This document shows positions 19,593 to 37,001 of a stretch of DNA of 64,000 nt, piece by piece (position 1 is the first letter of the stretch; each line of letters begins with the position of its first letter). The stretch comes from the human T2T-CHM13v2.0 reference genome, Homo sapiens. The translations under genes were made by a program, and so were the position numbers. The stretch lies in NCBI RefSeq assembly GCF_009914755.1, contig NC_060947.1, one strand, 5' to 3'. The notes below the pieces were generated by a model. The model was not told where the DNA came from, did no database searches, and worked only from the letters and a program-made list of their open reading frames with translations.

Positions 19593-21142
19593 CTAAGCGT
19601 GTCTCAATATGACCTACCAAAAACAGTTGCTTTTCCTAGGATCCCTCGGCTTCTTCCACTCAAACTAAATTCATCAATTTGCTACATCTGCATTCTAAAT
19701 TGTACATCTGGGGGTCTGATTATGGTACTGCCCAACCAACAAGCATACTCTTTCCATCTGAACTAAGGTATTCCACGTGCTTATCCAAATGAGCTGAGCA
19801 CACCTGTCCCATTGGAGGAGGGCCAGCTTAGGTGCACAGCAGGATCCATTTTGGAAGACTGCTGACAGCAAAGTTCTGGCAAAAGAAGATGCAGTGACTT
19901 CAAAGGGCCAGTCAACAAAAGCTTACATCCAGTTCAAAGGCCAGGTAAGAAACAAGCAGGAAGGCAAGACTCACACAAATCAATGTGTAGGAGGGTCTCC
20001 AGCAAACTGAACATTACCTCTGACAATAAATTAGAGTCTAAGATTTAATGATGCTACAATTCAAACTCAGACCCAAGCCAGGCCCAGAGTTTCTCCAGCT
20101 GATTGTCTACTTTCTCTACTAAGGCTGTATCAAGGAACAAAACATATGTACTTAACCGGGGGAAAAGGGGGAACAAGAGGCTCTTAAGACTTGAATCTCA
20201 TGCTTAGTTCCTCCAGAAATACCTCTAACATAGGTAAGTTGCTTTTCTTTCCCAGATCTGTTCCTTTGCATATCTATGGAAAGATGTGCTGTTCGAACAG
20301 AGCTTGTAACTTCGGTGAAGTTATACTTTAAAGCAGCTACAATGCTCTCCAGGGACAGCACATCCTTTATGGAACTACCTTCTCCATACCTCAGCATTGC
20401 CAACATTGAGGCTTGTGTTTCCACTAAGGCGGAAGGCTTCTGTATCCAGGGAAACCAGTCTGGGTTGCCTAGACGTAAAGAGAGGTGTGCCACTATCTGG
20501 GACACAATAAAGTTCCATTTTGCACCTGGGGACCTTTCCACCATCTGAGCTGCCCAATTTCTCCATCTCCTCCCTGAGGGTTTAATGTCTTCTAATCAAT
20601 GAGGAAGCGATCCTTGCAGCTTCTGTTATGGCTCTCTCTTAGAAGCTGCCATGGAGTTGGCGCAACCATGAGTGAAACCCTTTCCTTTCGATGATAAGTC
20701 TGTGCCCTCCCTACAAGAAAGGAGGCAGATCTACCTTCCTCATGTACCTACTAGGAGTTATATACTGAACTTGGCAATATTGCCCTCTGGAGTCACCAAG
20801 CTAGACATACTGGCAAGTGTTATTTAGCTAAAGCAGAAACTCTGCCATCCAGCTGGCTACACCTCATCACAGGAGGAAGCAAGTGGAGCCTCTGAGGACT
20901 TCCTGGAAGATTTCATCTCTTTCACAGCCAAGGAGAAAAGCTGGCAGCCAGAGTCAAAGGTCTTGCAGTCTGGATGGAATTCCCAATAACTTACTTTTAA
21001 TCCTTACTTCACATTCAATATCGGTTTGATATGCTATTTTATATGTTTCATAGCACAGTGTCCCTTTCTTCCGAAGAAGTTTGCTGGAACAGTTGCTATT
21101 GTTTTTGGTTTTCCTAAAGGAACAAAAAAGACTCAAGGAGTC

Positions 21143-21632
21143 TGTTGGGAGATAATTCTCCACAGTCTCTTGAGTTCTGCACGCCTTGCGAGCGCCCTGT
21201 GAGCAGAGGCACTGACAACCTTTGTTCTAAGGCAGTGTTGCAAGATAGAGATAGGGTCTCACTCAGGGAAAAGGGCTGATGTGTTTGCTGTCCAGGATAA
21301 TAAAATAAATGTCTCCTCCAAGGCAAAGGCTGCATGATGGGTTTATCTGCAGCCCCTGATAAGGGACTCATGTTCCTCAGTTGTACTATAACCCCACTGC
21401 CTGTATGGAAAGCTCGCTGCCTCACGGCATCCATCCAGTCAGTGGCTCTGCAGTCCCAGCCCTCACGGGACCCAGAGGGTGGGGGGAATGACAGGAACAT
21501 GAAGCTCAAGCTGCTTGCTGTATTCTGAGTAATAAAGGCCTTTGTCTCTGACCCAAGAGTGCCCTGTGGCAGGCTAATAATGTGTTAGTTTGCAAGTAAG
21601 GTAAAATATCAGATCCTTTATAGTTCTTAACA
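21143..21632 (+). mobile_element. LTR40-like (ERVL) solo LTR, antisense to BCLAF3
   Basis: TGttgggagataattctcc...gagcagaggcactgac start, internal AATAAA at ~21531, ...cagatcctttatagttcttaaCA end. Confidence 0.75.
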
Positions 21633-21733
21633 AAGAAACCTGAGAAGGAACCTGGAACTCAGGCACTAAGCTTGGCAGGGTCTCTTGTGCCCCTCATCAG
21701 CGCCTTTTGTCTTATCAAGAAATGACCTCTGTG

Positions 21734-22077
<344 letters not shown>

Positions 22078-22269
22078 TCACTTCTATACATTCCCTTTTC
22101 TTTCTCAAGTTCCTTGCCATTGCAAGTGGCTCCTGTGAATTACAAAATGAAAACTGTTGACAAAATGATTGATTAGTTACTGCATAACTGAAATGCACAA
22201 GCAAAATGGGCAAGTTATCTTAACATGAAAAATCTTGGTCTGCCTTTTTTGTGTGAAATGATGGTCCTT

Positions 22270-22665
22270 TTTAAGTCCTAGAAAATACTAGTCACATTTA
22301 CAGCTCGGTGCCTTTGCTCCTGCTCTCCCCCTTAACTAGAATATTTCTCTTCACTCTTTCTGCCTTTAGAAGTTCTACACATCCTGAAACGCCCAGATAA
22401 AATTGTTTTCATCTCTTCTTTGAAGACTTTCTTAGTACCCTCTTTTTCCTCCACAAAAACAGAATTATTTCCTCCCTAGAAATCCAGAATCCTTTGTCCC
22501 AATAAGTAGCACAGCATTTTCCCCACTGTATCATAGTTGGCCATGGTGTCAATCTCCCAGCCCAACCACGTGCTTGCTGAGGCCAAAGAAGATGGCATAT
22601 TTGCCTTTGTAGCCCAAGAACCTGCCTGTAGCAGGTGTACAATAAAGACTGGTTAAATTGTTCCA
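22270..22665 (+). mobile_element. L2 3' fragment
   Basis: gcctttgctcctgct..ccct..ctagaat and tgtagcccaag..cctgcc...taggtg.acaataaa L2 3' motifs. Confidence 0.55.
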
Positions 22666-23125
22666 ATCTAATGATACATAATTTTGATACTACCAAGAAG
22701 GAAGGAGAAATGGACTATAATCGAACTATTCAAAACTCTATTATTCTGCCATGAAGAAGAAAGAGGAAACTCCCTATTTTCTAACTCGAAATTTCTTTAA
22801 ACATATTAATTATGAAAAAATAAAATGAAATCCATACTGAGGAGTTCTAAACTGCTCACTAATTCAAAAAATGTAATACTCTCAAAGATATTTCTCACTC
22901 TCTCTTGCTGTGGCCACTGCACTGCTTTTCATTATTTAACTCTAGCCACCTGCTATGATTAAACAAAGCTGTCAGCTACTAGAATGTAGAAATACAACCT
23001 CCACTATGATAAAGTACCTACTGTGAATAACCAGGTCCCATGAGCTTAAGTGTTTACTAGTACTGGTGAAATTGAAAGTCACAGCACATCCCAAATCCAA
23101 GCTTACTCTGCTAAGAACTGCTCAC

Positions 23126-23166
23126 CTGTGTTTCCACCTGGGGGATCTAGATCGTGACCGTGCCAT
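23126..23166 (-). CDS. BCLAF3: BCLAF3 exon 2 coding part (whole exon 23126-23200): MARSRSRSPRWKH(R)
   Basis: Acceptor ttctttgcag|TGT at 23200; ATG at 23166-23164 with in-frame upstream TAG (23187-23185); RS-dipeptide N-terminus typical of BCLAF1/THRAP3 family; donor AG|GTGAG; phase 2 joins exon 3. Confidence 0.93.
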
Positions 23167-23380
23167 CCTTTGACACGTGAGCCACTATCCACTTTTTACA
23201 CTGCAAAGAAACACAGGATTAGCAGGTTTGTAGAAAGACCCTACAATTTGATCTAAAACATAGCGAATGCTGCCAATTGACTTAAACCCTTTGTGCCTCA
23301 GCTTCCTCATCTCTAACATGGAAATGATAATAATAGCACCCCTTCTTATTGGAATGTTGTCAGGATAAAATGAATTAAAT

Positions 23381-23754
23381 CAGGGGTCAGTAAACTGTCT
23401 GCAAAGTGCCAAGTGGTAACTATTTTAGGCTTTGCAGGCCATGTAAGGTCTCTGTCACATCTGTTTCTTCTTTTTTTTAAAGCAACTCTTTAAAAATGTA
23501 AAAATGTGACAACATTGAGATGTGTCGTAAGTGTAAAATCCACATCAGATTTCAAAGAGTTCATATAAAAAATGTAAAATATTTTATTGATGTATTTCTA
23601 ATATTAACTACATGTTGAAATATTTTGAATATACTAGGTTAAAGGCACTATGTTGGTCAAATTAAAAAAATAAAAGTACAAAAACTATTTAGCTCAAGTG
23701 GGTCATACAAAAATAGGCCCGGCAAGTCAAATGCATTGTAGTTTAATGACCCCT
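23381..23754 (+). mobile_element. MER58-like hAT element containing a MER3/MER33-like insert
   Basis: caggggtcagtaaact...ttttaggctttgcaggcc start; ...tgacccct end; internal tgagatgtg..gtaagtgtaaaa. Confidence 0.65.
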
Positions 23755-23994
23755 AAATTAAATCATAAAAAGAGCTTATTGGTGTCTGGCAACAGCAACT
23801 GCTAAATAAGTATTCCAAAAAGAGGAAAAATTACCCAGAATTCCTCTATCTGAATACAAGCACTACTACTTTCCTGTCTTTCACCATGTACAGAAACACT
23901 TCATATAATCACAGTTTAAATGTTTAGGAATACGTGATGGTATACTCTGCTTTTTAAATTGTTAGATTCTAAGAATTATAATTTCTTCTTTTAA

Positions 23995-24285
23995 AATTTC
24001 TTTTCTTTTGAGACAGGGTTTTGCTCTTTCTCCCAGGCTGGAGTGCAGTGGTGCGATCACAGTTCACTGCAGCCTCAACTTCCCAGGCTCCAGCGATGCT
24101 CGACCTCCCAGGTAGCTGGGACCACAAGCGTGCACATCCGCACCTGGCTAATTTTTGTATTTTTGGTAGACACGGGGTTTTGCCATGTTGCCCAGGTTGG
24201 TCTGGATCTCCTGAGTTCAAGCAATCCTCCGACCTTGGCCTCCCAAAGTGCTGGGATTACAGGCGTGAGCTACCACATCCGGTCA
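23995..24285 (-). mobile_element. Alu (AluJ-like)
   Basis: Minus-strand Alu; TSD-like agaattayaatttct. Confidence 0.93.
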
Positions 24286-25384
24286 GAATTACAATTTCTA
24301 ATACTCAACTGCTGCCTAACTTTCCACCAGACAAATATGCCCAAAATATAATTGAACATTATTAGACATTTAGTTTGCTTCTGGTTTTTTGCTAAAACAA
24401 ATAATGTCAAATAAGTAAATTTTAAAAGGCACTTCTAAACTTGATTTTTCAAATATTCTTCAGTCTTTAAAAGAAACTGATAGCTTCGGAAACTGAATTT
24501 TAAAAACACATAAGTAGGTATAATCTCCTATACTAGCTATTATTTACAACTCAGTAGTCCTCCTCAGTTCTGATACGAATATTAAGTAGTTCCTAACTTA
24601 GTGGTCCCAAACCCCTGGTGGCTTCTAGAACGACTGCCATGGGCTCATGAATTATCATATAGCTACCGTGCACAGACCACAGAATAAATAAGTGTATGTC
24701 TCATATATTATGCACCTCGATTTTGCAAATTTCTGAAGACACTATGGTGAAACTAAAATATAAAGGCTTCTTGTCACTATGCAGTTTTTCCACCCACAGA
24801 TACAAAAAGTACAATTATTATGTAGACATCAGTTTAAAAGGCGGTCCTCATACTCAAACATTTGCAAACTACTGTTATCCTGAATTTCAAAAGAAAGTAA
24901 AAGCATATCAAGTCAAAGAACTTGAACTAGATCACTCATTAAAGGAAGTACAATCAATTCAATTCATTTAGTTATACACAGCCTCTTTCTAAAAAGATTT
25001 TGAGGCTAAGAACAATTAGCTCACAAAGTATTATGAAATTAAAACACTAAAGGAAAAAATGTTTACTTAGTAACTAAAAGTATCAAAATGTATTCATTTA
25101 ACAAATTTTGCTGTGTACCAATTATTTGCCAGACACTGTTCTAGGGCTACAGCAGTGAACAAAAACAGACAAAACTTCCTGCTCTGATAGAGATTACATT
25201 CAATAGGGAAGCTTATAATTTCACTAGATAAACTCTGGGTATCAGTTCATACCTATTAAATTTAATGAAAATAATAAACCCAAAGGTGGTAATTTTTTTG
25301 GGGGCGGGTGGGAACAAAAATATTGCTGATGATAATGAGAAAGGAAAATTTTTCTGGAGCATAATCTTTTTTCCATTTTTAAAA

Positions 25385-26130
25385 ACAAAACATATTTATT
25401 GATATTGAATTCACATGCCATATAATTTACCCATTTAAAGTATACAATTCAATGTTTTTTAGTATATTCACAGTGATATACAACCATTATCACTGTCTAG
25501 TTGTAGAACATTTTCATCCTCCCAAAAGAGACCCCATTAGCAGTGAATCCCCACTTCTCCCCTCCCCTGCTTAGCCCGTTTCTATGGATCTGCCTATTTG
25601 AGACATCTCATACAAATGGAATCAAACAGTATGTAGTTTTTTTGTGACTGGCTTCTTTCACTTAGCATGTTTTCAAGGTTCACCTGTGTTGTAGTATGTA
25701 TCAGTACGTCATCCCTTTTTATGGTAGAATAATAGACATTTCATTGTATGGGTACATTACATTTTGTTCATTCATTCACCTCTCCATGCACATTTGGGTT
25801 GTTTCTACCTTTCAGCTATTATAAATAACGCTCTTACGAACATTTGTGTACAAGTTTTTATGTGGACATATGTTTTCATTTCCTTGGGTATATACCTAGA
25901 AGTGGAATTACTGGGTCACTTGGTAACTCTATGTTTAACTTTTTGAGGATCTGCCAAACTTTTCCAAAGTAGCTGCACCATTTTACATTCCCACCAGCAG
26001 TGTATGAGGGTTCTAATTTTTCTACATCCTCACCAACACTTACTATATTTTTGACTATAGCCATCCTAGTGGGTATGAAGTGGTATCTCATTGTGTTTTT
26101 GATTTGCATTTCCCTAATGACTAATGGAGA
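25385..26130 (-). mobile_element. L1MB-type LINE-1 3' fragment
   Basis: ORF 25876..26145 (IREMQIKNTMRYHFIPTRMA) is the L1 ORF2 C-terminus; L1M 3'UTR motifs follow. Confidence 0.88.
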
Positions 26131-26940
26131 GTAATCTTGAAACATACATGTTTCTTACAAGAAACTATGAAACTAATCATACCTCCTTTCCTTTAATCTA
26201 GTAATTTCAGTTTAAACTTGTTTTAAAAAATAATTCAAAAGAAAAAAATCAGCTGTGTACACTAAGATGTTTGTATCAGTTTTATTTATAATAGGAAAGA
26301 AAAAAAGCTCAAGAAAACTAATAACCCAAATGCTCAACAAAAAAGATTAAACAAATGTAAGATAGATACATCTAGTTGCTTCCTACCTTTCTCCCAGCCT
26401 TATGTGTGTCTTTTCCCCCACACACCCTACTAGTCCCCTACACCACACTACTTGCTTTCCCTGATCAGGCCATGCTCGTCCAGCACATGGATGGCCTTCC
26501 CTCGGTCAGCTTGACAAATCCCTATTCTTTCCCGATTGTGTAACTATCACATCCCCTAGGACTCTTTCCTGGACTTTCTGTTTTTTCCCTCTGGGCTTCT
26601 TTCTCCTTGGGAATTCTGGGTTTATTTTGCAATTATTTCAACACATCGTATTTATTTACATAACTGTATTTATTTCAATAGGCAAAAGACTCCATTATCA
26701 CAGAACACAAAACTCAAATGACCTATGAACGTATGAGATGTTCAACTTAATTAGCAATTGGGAAAATACAAATTAAGATCATAGCCATTTGATATGCCAA
26801 AGGGCTATGATCACCCATCAGATAGGCCAAAAATGTTTAAGTTGCATATTCCAAAGTGTTGGCAAAGATGTGTGAAAATGGGAACTCTCAGTTACTGCTA
26901 GGTGAACTGTACATGGTACAGTATAACCAGTTTGAAAATA

Positions 26941-27138
26941 CCATTGCCCCTTGGTACACTCAGGGGATTGGTTCCAGAATCCCCACATACGCCAAAATCC
27001 GTGCATATCCAAGTCCCTCTGTATAGGCAGCTTTCACATATCTCAAATGCCGTATTTTCTATACCCGTTTCATTGGGAAAAACTTCACATATAAGTGGAC
27101 CCACACAGTTCAAACCCATGTTGTTCAAGTGTCACCTG
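26941..27138. mobile_element. MER8/MER2-like Tigger2-derived MITE
   Basis: TA-flanked; ggggattggttccag and gtggacccacacagttcaaacccatgttgttcaag signatures; inserted in an L1M fragment. Confidence 0.75.
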
Positions 27139-27215
27139 TAGTTTGGAAATACCCAATAAAGTCGAACATGCCCATATCCCACAGCCCAGCAATTCCATGC
27201 AGGAATATACACTGG

Positions 27216-27363
27216 AGTAGTTCTCAAACTTTAGTGTGCATTAGAATCGCCTGGAGGGCTGGTTAAAATACAGATTGCTGGGCCCTACCCCTGGGGTGGG
27301 CCCCACTCTAGCAGGTTCCCAGGTGATGTGGATGCTGCTGGTCCAGGGGCTACAGAACCACTA
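27216..27363 (+). mobile_element. MER5A (hAT-Charlie)
   Basis: gttctcaaactttagtgtgcattagaatcgcctggagggc...cccaggtgatgtggatgctgctggtcc signature. Confidence 0.8.
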
Positions 27364-27497
27364 GTTTTAAAGGAAAAGTGGACATCACTTGGGAGAAAAT
27401 ATTTACAAGCGACATTTATTGCATGTGATAAAAGAAGTATTATTAAGAACACTTTCCTTCACCCAATATTAAAATTAGTTTTATTAAAATTCAAATG

Positions 27498-29665
<2,168 letters not shown>

Positions 29666-29667
29666 TA

Positions 29668-32509
29668 GAGGCACATCTCATTTTATTGTGCTCTGCCTTA
29701 CTGCGCTTCACAGATACTGCATTTTTTACAAATGCAGAATTTTTTACTATGCAGGGTTTGTGGCAAACCTGCATTGAACGAGTCTATCAGTGCCATTTTT
29801 CCAACCTCATGTGTTTACTTCTTGTCTCTGTGTCATATCACATTTTGGGAATTATCAAAGTATTTCAAACTTCTTCCCTATTATTATATCTGTTATGGTG
29901 ATCTGTGATCTTTGATGCTACTATTGTAATTGGGGGCACCATGAACCATGCCCTTATAAGATGCGAACATAATCAATAAATGTAGTATGTGTTCTGATGG
30001 GGCATTCTTCCTTCTCTCTCCCTTTCTTCAGGCCTCCCTACTCCCTGAGACACAATAATATTGAAATGAGGTCAACTAATAATCCTAAAATGGCCTCTAA
30101 ATGTTCAAGTGAAAGGAAGAGTCACACATCTCACGTTAAATCAAAAGCTAGAAATGATTAAGCTTAGTGAGGAAGGCTCATCGAAAGCTGAGAAAGGCCA
30201 AAAACTAGGCTTCTTGGGTCAAACAGCCAAGTTGTGGATGCAAAGGGAAAGTTCTTGAAGGAAATTAAATGTGTTACTTCAATGAACACATGAATAAGAA
30301 AGTGAAACAGTCTTATTGCTGATATGGAGAAAGTTTGAGTGGTCCGGATAGAAGCTCAAACCAGCCACAACGTTCCCTTAAGCCAAAGCCCAATCCAGAG
30401 CAAGACTCTAACTCCATTCAATTCTGTGAAGCCTGAGAGAGGTAAGGAAGCTGCAGAAGCAAAGTTGGAAGTTAGCAGAGGTTGGCTTGTGACGTTTAAG
30501 GAAAGAAGCCATCGCCATAACATAAAAGGGCAAAGTGAGGCAGCAAGTGCTGACGGAGAAGCTGCAGCAAGTTATCCAGAAGATCGCTGATGAAGGTGGT
30601 TACATTAAACAACACGTTTTCAGTGTAGATGAAACAGCCTTCTCTTGGAAGATGGGACTTTCACAATTAGAGAGGTAAATGCCTGGCCTCAATGCTTTAA
30701 AGGACAGCCTGACTCTCTTGTTAGGGGCTAATGCAGCTATGACTTTCAGTTGAAGCCAATGTTCACTGACCATCCTAAAATTCCTGGGGCCCTTAAGAAT
30801 TATACTAAATCTACTCTGCCTGTGCTCCATAAATGGGACAACAAAGCCTGAGTGACAGCACATCTGTTTACAGCATGGTTTACTGAATATTTTAAGCCCA
30901 ATGTTGAGACCTACTGCTCAAAAAAAAAAAAGATTCCTTTCAAAATATTAATGCTCATTGACAATGCACCTGGTCACCCAAGAGCTCTGATGGAGATATA
31001 CAAGGAGATTAATGCTGTTTTTGTGCCTGCTAACACAGCATTCATTCTGTAGCCCATAGATCAAGGAGTAATTTTGACTTTCAAGTCTTGTTATTTAAGA
31101 AATACGTTTTGTAAGACTATAGCTGCCATTGATAGTGATTCCTCTGATGGATCTGGGGAAAGTCAATTGAAAACCTTCTGGAAAGGATTCACCATTCTAG
31201 ATGCCATTAAGAACATTCATGACTCATGGGAGGAGGTCAAAATATCAGTATTAACAGGGGTTTGGAAGAAGTTGATTCCAACTCTCACGGATGATTTTGA
31301 GGGGTTCAAGACTTCAGTGGAGGAAGTCAATGCAGATGTGGTAGAAACACCAAGAGAGCTAGAAGAGGAAGTAAAGCCTGAAGATGTGACTAAATTGCTG
31401 CAATCTCATGATCAAACTTGGATGTATGCAGAGTTGCTTCTTACAGATGAGCAAAGAAAGTGGTTTCTTGATTGGAATCTCCTCCTGGTGAAGATGCTAT
31501 GAACATCGTTGAAATTATAAAAAAGGATTTAGAATATTACATATGTTTAGTTGATAAAGCAGTAGCAGGGTTTGACAGGTTTACTTTAATTTTGATGGAA
31601 GTGCTACTGTGAGTAAAATGCTATCAAACAGCATCTATGCTACAGAGAAATCTCTTATTTATTTTTTTTTTGTCTTATATTTTTTCAGAGATGGGGTTTC
31701 ACTTTGTTGCCCAGGCTGGTCTTGATCTCCTATCCTCAAGAGATACTCCTGCCTTAGCCTCCCAAAGTGCTGGGATTACAGGGGTGAGCCACAGCATCCA
31801 GCCAGAGAAATCTTTTGTAAAGGAAGAGTTGATCGATGCAACAAACCTTATTGTTGCCTTATTTTAAGAAATTGCCCTAGGCTGGGCGTGGTAGCTCATG
31901 CCTGTAATCTCAGCCCTTTGGAAGGCCAATGCAGGTGAATCAGTTGAGGCCAGGAGTTCGAGACCAGCCTGGCCAACATGGTGAAACCCCGTCTCTACTA
32001 AAAATACAAAAATTAGCCAGGTGTGGTGGCATACACCTATAATCCCAGCTACTTGGAAGGCTGAGGCAGGAGAATCACTTGAACCCCCAGAAGGTGGAGG
32101 TTCCAGTGAGCCACGATTGTGCCACTGCACTCCAGCCTGGGTGACAGAGCAAGACTCCACCCCCTCCCAAAAAAAATTGCCTTAGCTACCCCAACCTTCA
32201 ACAACCAACCCCTGATCAGTCACCAGCCCATAAAACTAAGGCAAGACCCTTCATCAGTAGAAAGATGATGCGTCACTGAAGGCTTAGAGGACCATCAGCA
32301 TTTTTTTTTTAGCAATAATATATTTTTAAATTAAGGTATGTATTGTTTTAGACATAATGCTTTTGCACACCTAACAAACTGCAGTATAGCATAAACATAA
32401 CTTTTATGTGCATCAGGAAACAAAAAAATTGTGTGACTCACTTTATTACAATATTCACTTTATTGTGGTGGTCTGGAACCAAACCCGCAATATCTCTGAG
32501 GTATGCCTG
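29668..32509 (+). mobile_element. Tigger1 DNA transposon (pogo-like), essentially full length, inactivated, interrupted by two Alus
   Basis: TA-flanked TIRs (gaggcacatctc... / ...gaggtatgcctg); fragmentary transposase ORFs 30339-31502 (FEASRGWL-like HTH_CenpB segment, [12 protein letters not shown] motif, [10 protein letters not shown]). Confidence 0.93.
31655..32176. mobile_element. Two Alus inside Tigger1 (- monomer 31655-31803; +31879-32176)
   Basis: TSDs agagaaatct and aaattgcc(c/t)tag. Confidence 0.92.
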
Positions 32510-33430
32510 TACTACAAATAGAATTAAATATATTCAAAATCATTTGAGGATATTAAAAAACCTACCTTGAATCAGAAATTCACAAACTAAGAACAGAAAT
32601 AGATGAAAAACAAATAAAAAATGAAAAAATGAAAGAATAAAAGTTAACTGAACTCAAGAAAAAAAAATGAGAGAAAAAGACTCAACTATCTCAAAAGTGA
32701 GGAATAAATTACAATGTGCCCAAGAGAGAATAAACTCAAATTAAAATTTAATAAGGAACATTGAAGGCTGGCATGAAAACAACCAAGAAAATAAAAATGA
32801 CATTGAGGGAGAGGGAAAGGGAGAGAGAGAGAGAATAGTGGGGAGAGGGAAAGAAAGGGTCAGAGACAAAGTAGTGGAAATAGCAAATAGGTAGAGAAAA
32901 AAACTAATATTCATATAATTGCAGTCCCTGAAGAAGAAAAAACAAACAATAGAACTAAACTAATATTTAAAACTATAATTTGCTCAGAATGCAAGAAAAC
33001 ATTCCAGAAATTTTAAAATACCTAAAATACCTGAATCTATACATTTAAGGTCTCACAGGTACCTTGGAAAATTAATCTAGAACAAGTAAGTCTGAAATAT
33101 AGCCTAATAAAAACTATGTGATTTCAAACATAAAGATAAAATTCTCAAGGCTCCCAGGCAAAAAGAATAAATAACTTAAAAGTCCAAAAGAACTGGATCA
33201 GTATCAGATTATGAGATTTTTCAAAAACAAAATACAAAGCAAGGTGAGAAACAGCAGCACTAAAAAATAAAACTCAATGAAAGTAATGTGAGCTGAGGAT
33301 TTTACATCAGTCACGAAGTTCCTTAAACATCAAGGCAACAAGAAAAACAGTTTTCAACTTACAAGGGTATAGGGAATTCTGCACTCACTAACCCTTTCTG
33401 AGGAATATACTGGAGGATGAGCTTTATTCA

Positions 33431-33897
<467 letters not shown>

Positions 33898-35448
33898 CTA
33901 GAAAACGGGAGAAGAAGAGAAAGCAAGAGAGAACAGTAGAAGCAGTTCCACTGCTATGTACACAATAGGTGGGTTTAAGGGATACTGGCAGGAAAAAATA
34001 GATACACCAGATATTAAGAGGTTAAACAAATCAACACCGGGTGCTGAGACAACTGGATATCGACAAGCAAAAGGTTAAAGTTTGACCCTACCTCATACCA
34101 TATACAAAAATTAACTCAAAATGGATTAAGGACCTAAATATAAGAGTTAAATCTATAAAACTTAGAAGAAAACATAAAAATAATCTGTATGATCTTGGAT
34201 CAGGAAATGATTTTTAAGTTAGGATATCAAAAACAAAGCAACGTTATTTCCAATTGCTGCTACAAAAAAAATCAAAACAAAACAAAAAACAAAGCAACAA
34301 AAGAAAAAATGGATAAATTGGGCATCATCAAAATAACAAGCATTTCAGGGATGTAGAAATATTGGAACCCTCACACATTCCTGGTAGAAATGTAAAATAG
34401 AGTAGCCACTTGGAAAAGTTTGGCAGTTCCCCCACAAGTTAAACATAGAGTTACTGTATGACCCAACTATTCCACTCCTAGATAGATACCCAGGAGAAAT
34501 GAAAACATATGTCTACACAAAACTTGTATACAAATATCCATAGGAGCATATTAATACTACACTATACAATGGAATATGTATCATTTGACCATAAAAGGGA
34601 ATGAAGTACCAATACATGCTACAACACAGACAAACCTGGAAAACATCATGCTAAGCGAAAGAAGCCAGTCACAAAAGACCACTATTATATGATTCCCTTT
34701 ATATGAAATGTCCAGAATAAGCAAATCCATAGAAATAAAAAGTAGACTGGTGGTTGCCTGGGTGGGAGAAGGGGTGGGGGGATGAGAAATGATGGCTAAT
34801 GGGCACAGAGTTTCTTTTTGGGGGTGAAGAAAATGTTCTAAAATTAGACTGTGGTGATGGTTGCACAACTCTATGAATATACTAAAAAACACTGAATTGT
34901 ACACTTTAAATGGGTAAATTGTGTTATGTTAATTCTATCTCAACAAAGCTGTTACAGAAAAAAAATCAACTGACAGAGATTCCACACTAAATGTGAATTC
35001 AGCATTTACAAATGCAAAGAATAAAAATTCCCCAGGAAAGCCTTTGCAACAAAGAAGCCTCAGGCTGGGCGTGGTGGCTCATGCCTGTAATCCCAACACT
35101 TTGGAAGGCAGAGGCAGGCAGATCCTTTGAGCCCAGAAGTTAGAGACCAGCCTGGGCAACACAGTGAAACCCCCTCTCTCCAACAACAACAACAAACAAA
35201 CAAACAAACAAAAAAGCCACACTCCCATCACAGAAACGCACCAAGTCAGAGCCCACAGAAAAAGAGCACAATCAGTAGAATAGTGAGAAGGGGAAGGTAG
35301 ACCTGAAGAGACCATCATGGATTATTATCTTGGCCACGGTGGGTAGCTGTTATCTGTTATTGCCAGTTCTTCAGTAAGGAGGAGCACGAAGTAGATACAG
35401 AATTCCACAGTTGTCTATCATTATCCTACTTTGATTACATAGATGCAA

Positions 35449-35451
<3 letters not shown>

Positions 35452-35493
<42 letters not shown>

Positions 35494-35500
35494 CACACAC
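35452..35500 (+). repeat. (CA)n microsatellite
   Basis: ~24 CA units with one CG interruption. Confidence 0.95.
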
Positions 35501-35845
35501 ATGCACAGAAAAATAAGCAAACAAAGGAGTGAGGGTATTTTAAAAGGTGTAAGTACAAAGGTAAACGATTAGAACAAAAATGCAAACCTTCCTAAATACA
35601 CCCCCACACACACCCTAATTTTTGTAATAAAAGAGCAAAATATCTACCTCGCATAGAGAAATGGCAAAGATAACAAATACACATAATTATAAAATATTAT
35701 GATGGATTTGAGGTCAAATTTTTCAGTCCTAACAATAAATGTGGGTGGGCTTAATCCACCTATTACAATAAAAATTTTCAATTTGACTAACAGAAGAAAC
35801 CTCAACAACTTTTACAATACAAAAGACATATCTAAACCAAAGTGA

Positions 35846-36193
<348 letters not shown>

Positions 36194-36510
36194 TAGGCCG
36201 GGCATAGTGGCTCACACCTGTAACCCCAGCACTTTGGGAGGCCGAGGCAGGCGGGCAGATCACCAGAAGTCAGGAGTTCGAGACCAGCTTGGCCAACATG
36301 GCGAAACCCCGTCTCTACTAAAAATACAAAAAAATTAGCTGGGCATGGTGGCTCATGCCTGTAATCCCAGCACTTTGGGAGGCCAAGGCGGGTGGATCAC
36401 CTGAGGTCAGAAGACAAGGCCGGCAAACACGGCAAAACCCCGTCTCCACTAAAAATATAAAAAAAATGTAGCTGGGCATGGTGGCATGCGCCTACGGTCC
36501 CAGCTACTCA

Positions 36511-36615
<105 letters not shown>

Positions 36616-36863
36616 CTAAATAAATAAGTAAATACATAAATAGCTGGAAAAGGTATACGAGGCAAATGGAAACAAAAGGAGAGTAGGCAGCTGGGCAAGG
36701 TGGCTTATGCTTGTAATCCCAGCACTTTGGGAGGCTAAGGCGGGTGGATCACCTCAGGTCAGGAGTTCGAGACCAGCCTGGCAAACACCGTGAAACCCCG
36801 TCTCCGCTAAAAATATAAAAAAATGTAGCTGGGCGTGGCGGCACGCGCCTATAGTCCCAGCTA

Positions 36864-37001
<138 letters not shown>

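Noticed and set aside
30339-31502. Transposase-like ORFs resembling TIGD1
   Set aside because: Broken into several frames by stops and frameshifts inside a TIR-bounded Tigger1; a fossil, not a gene.
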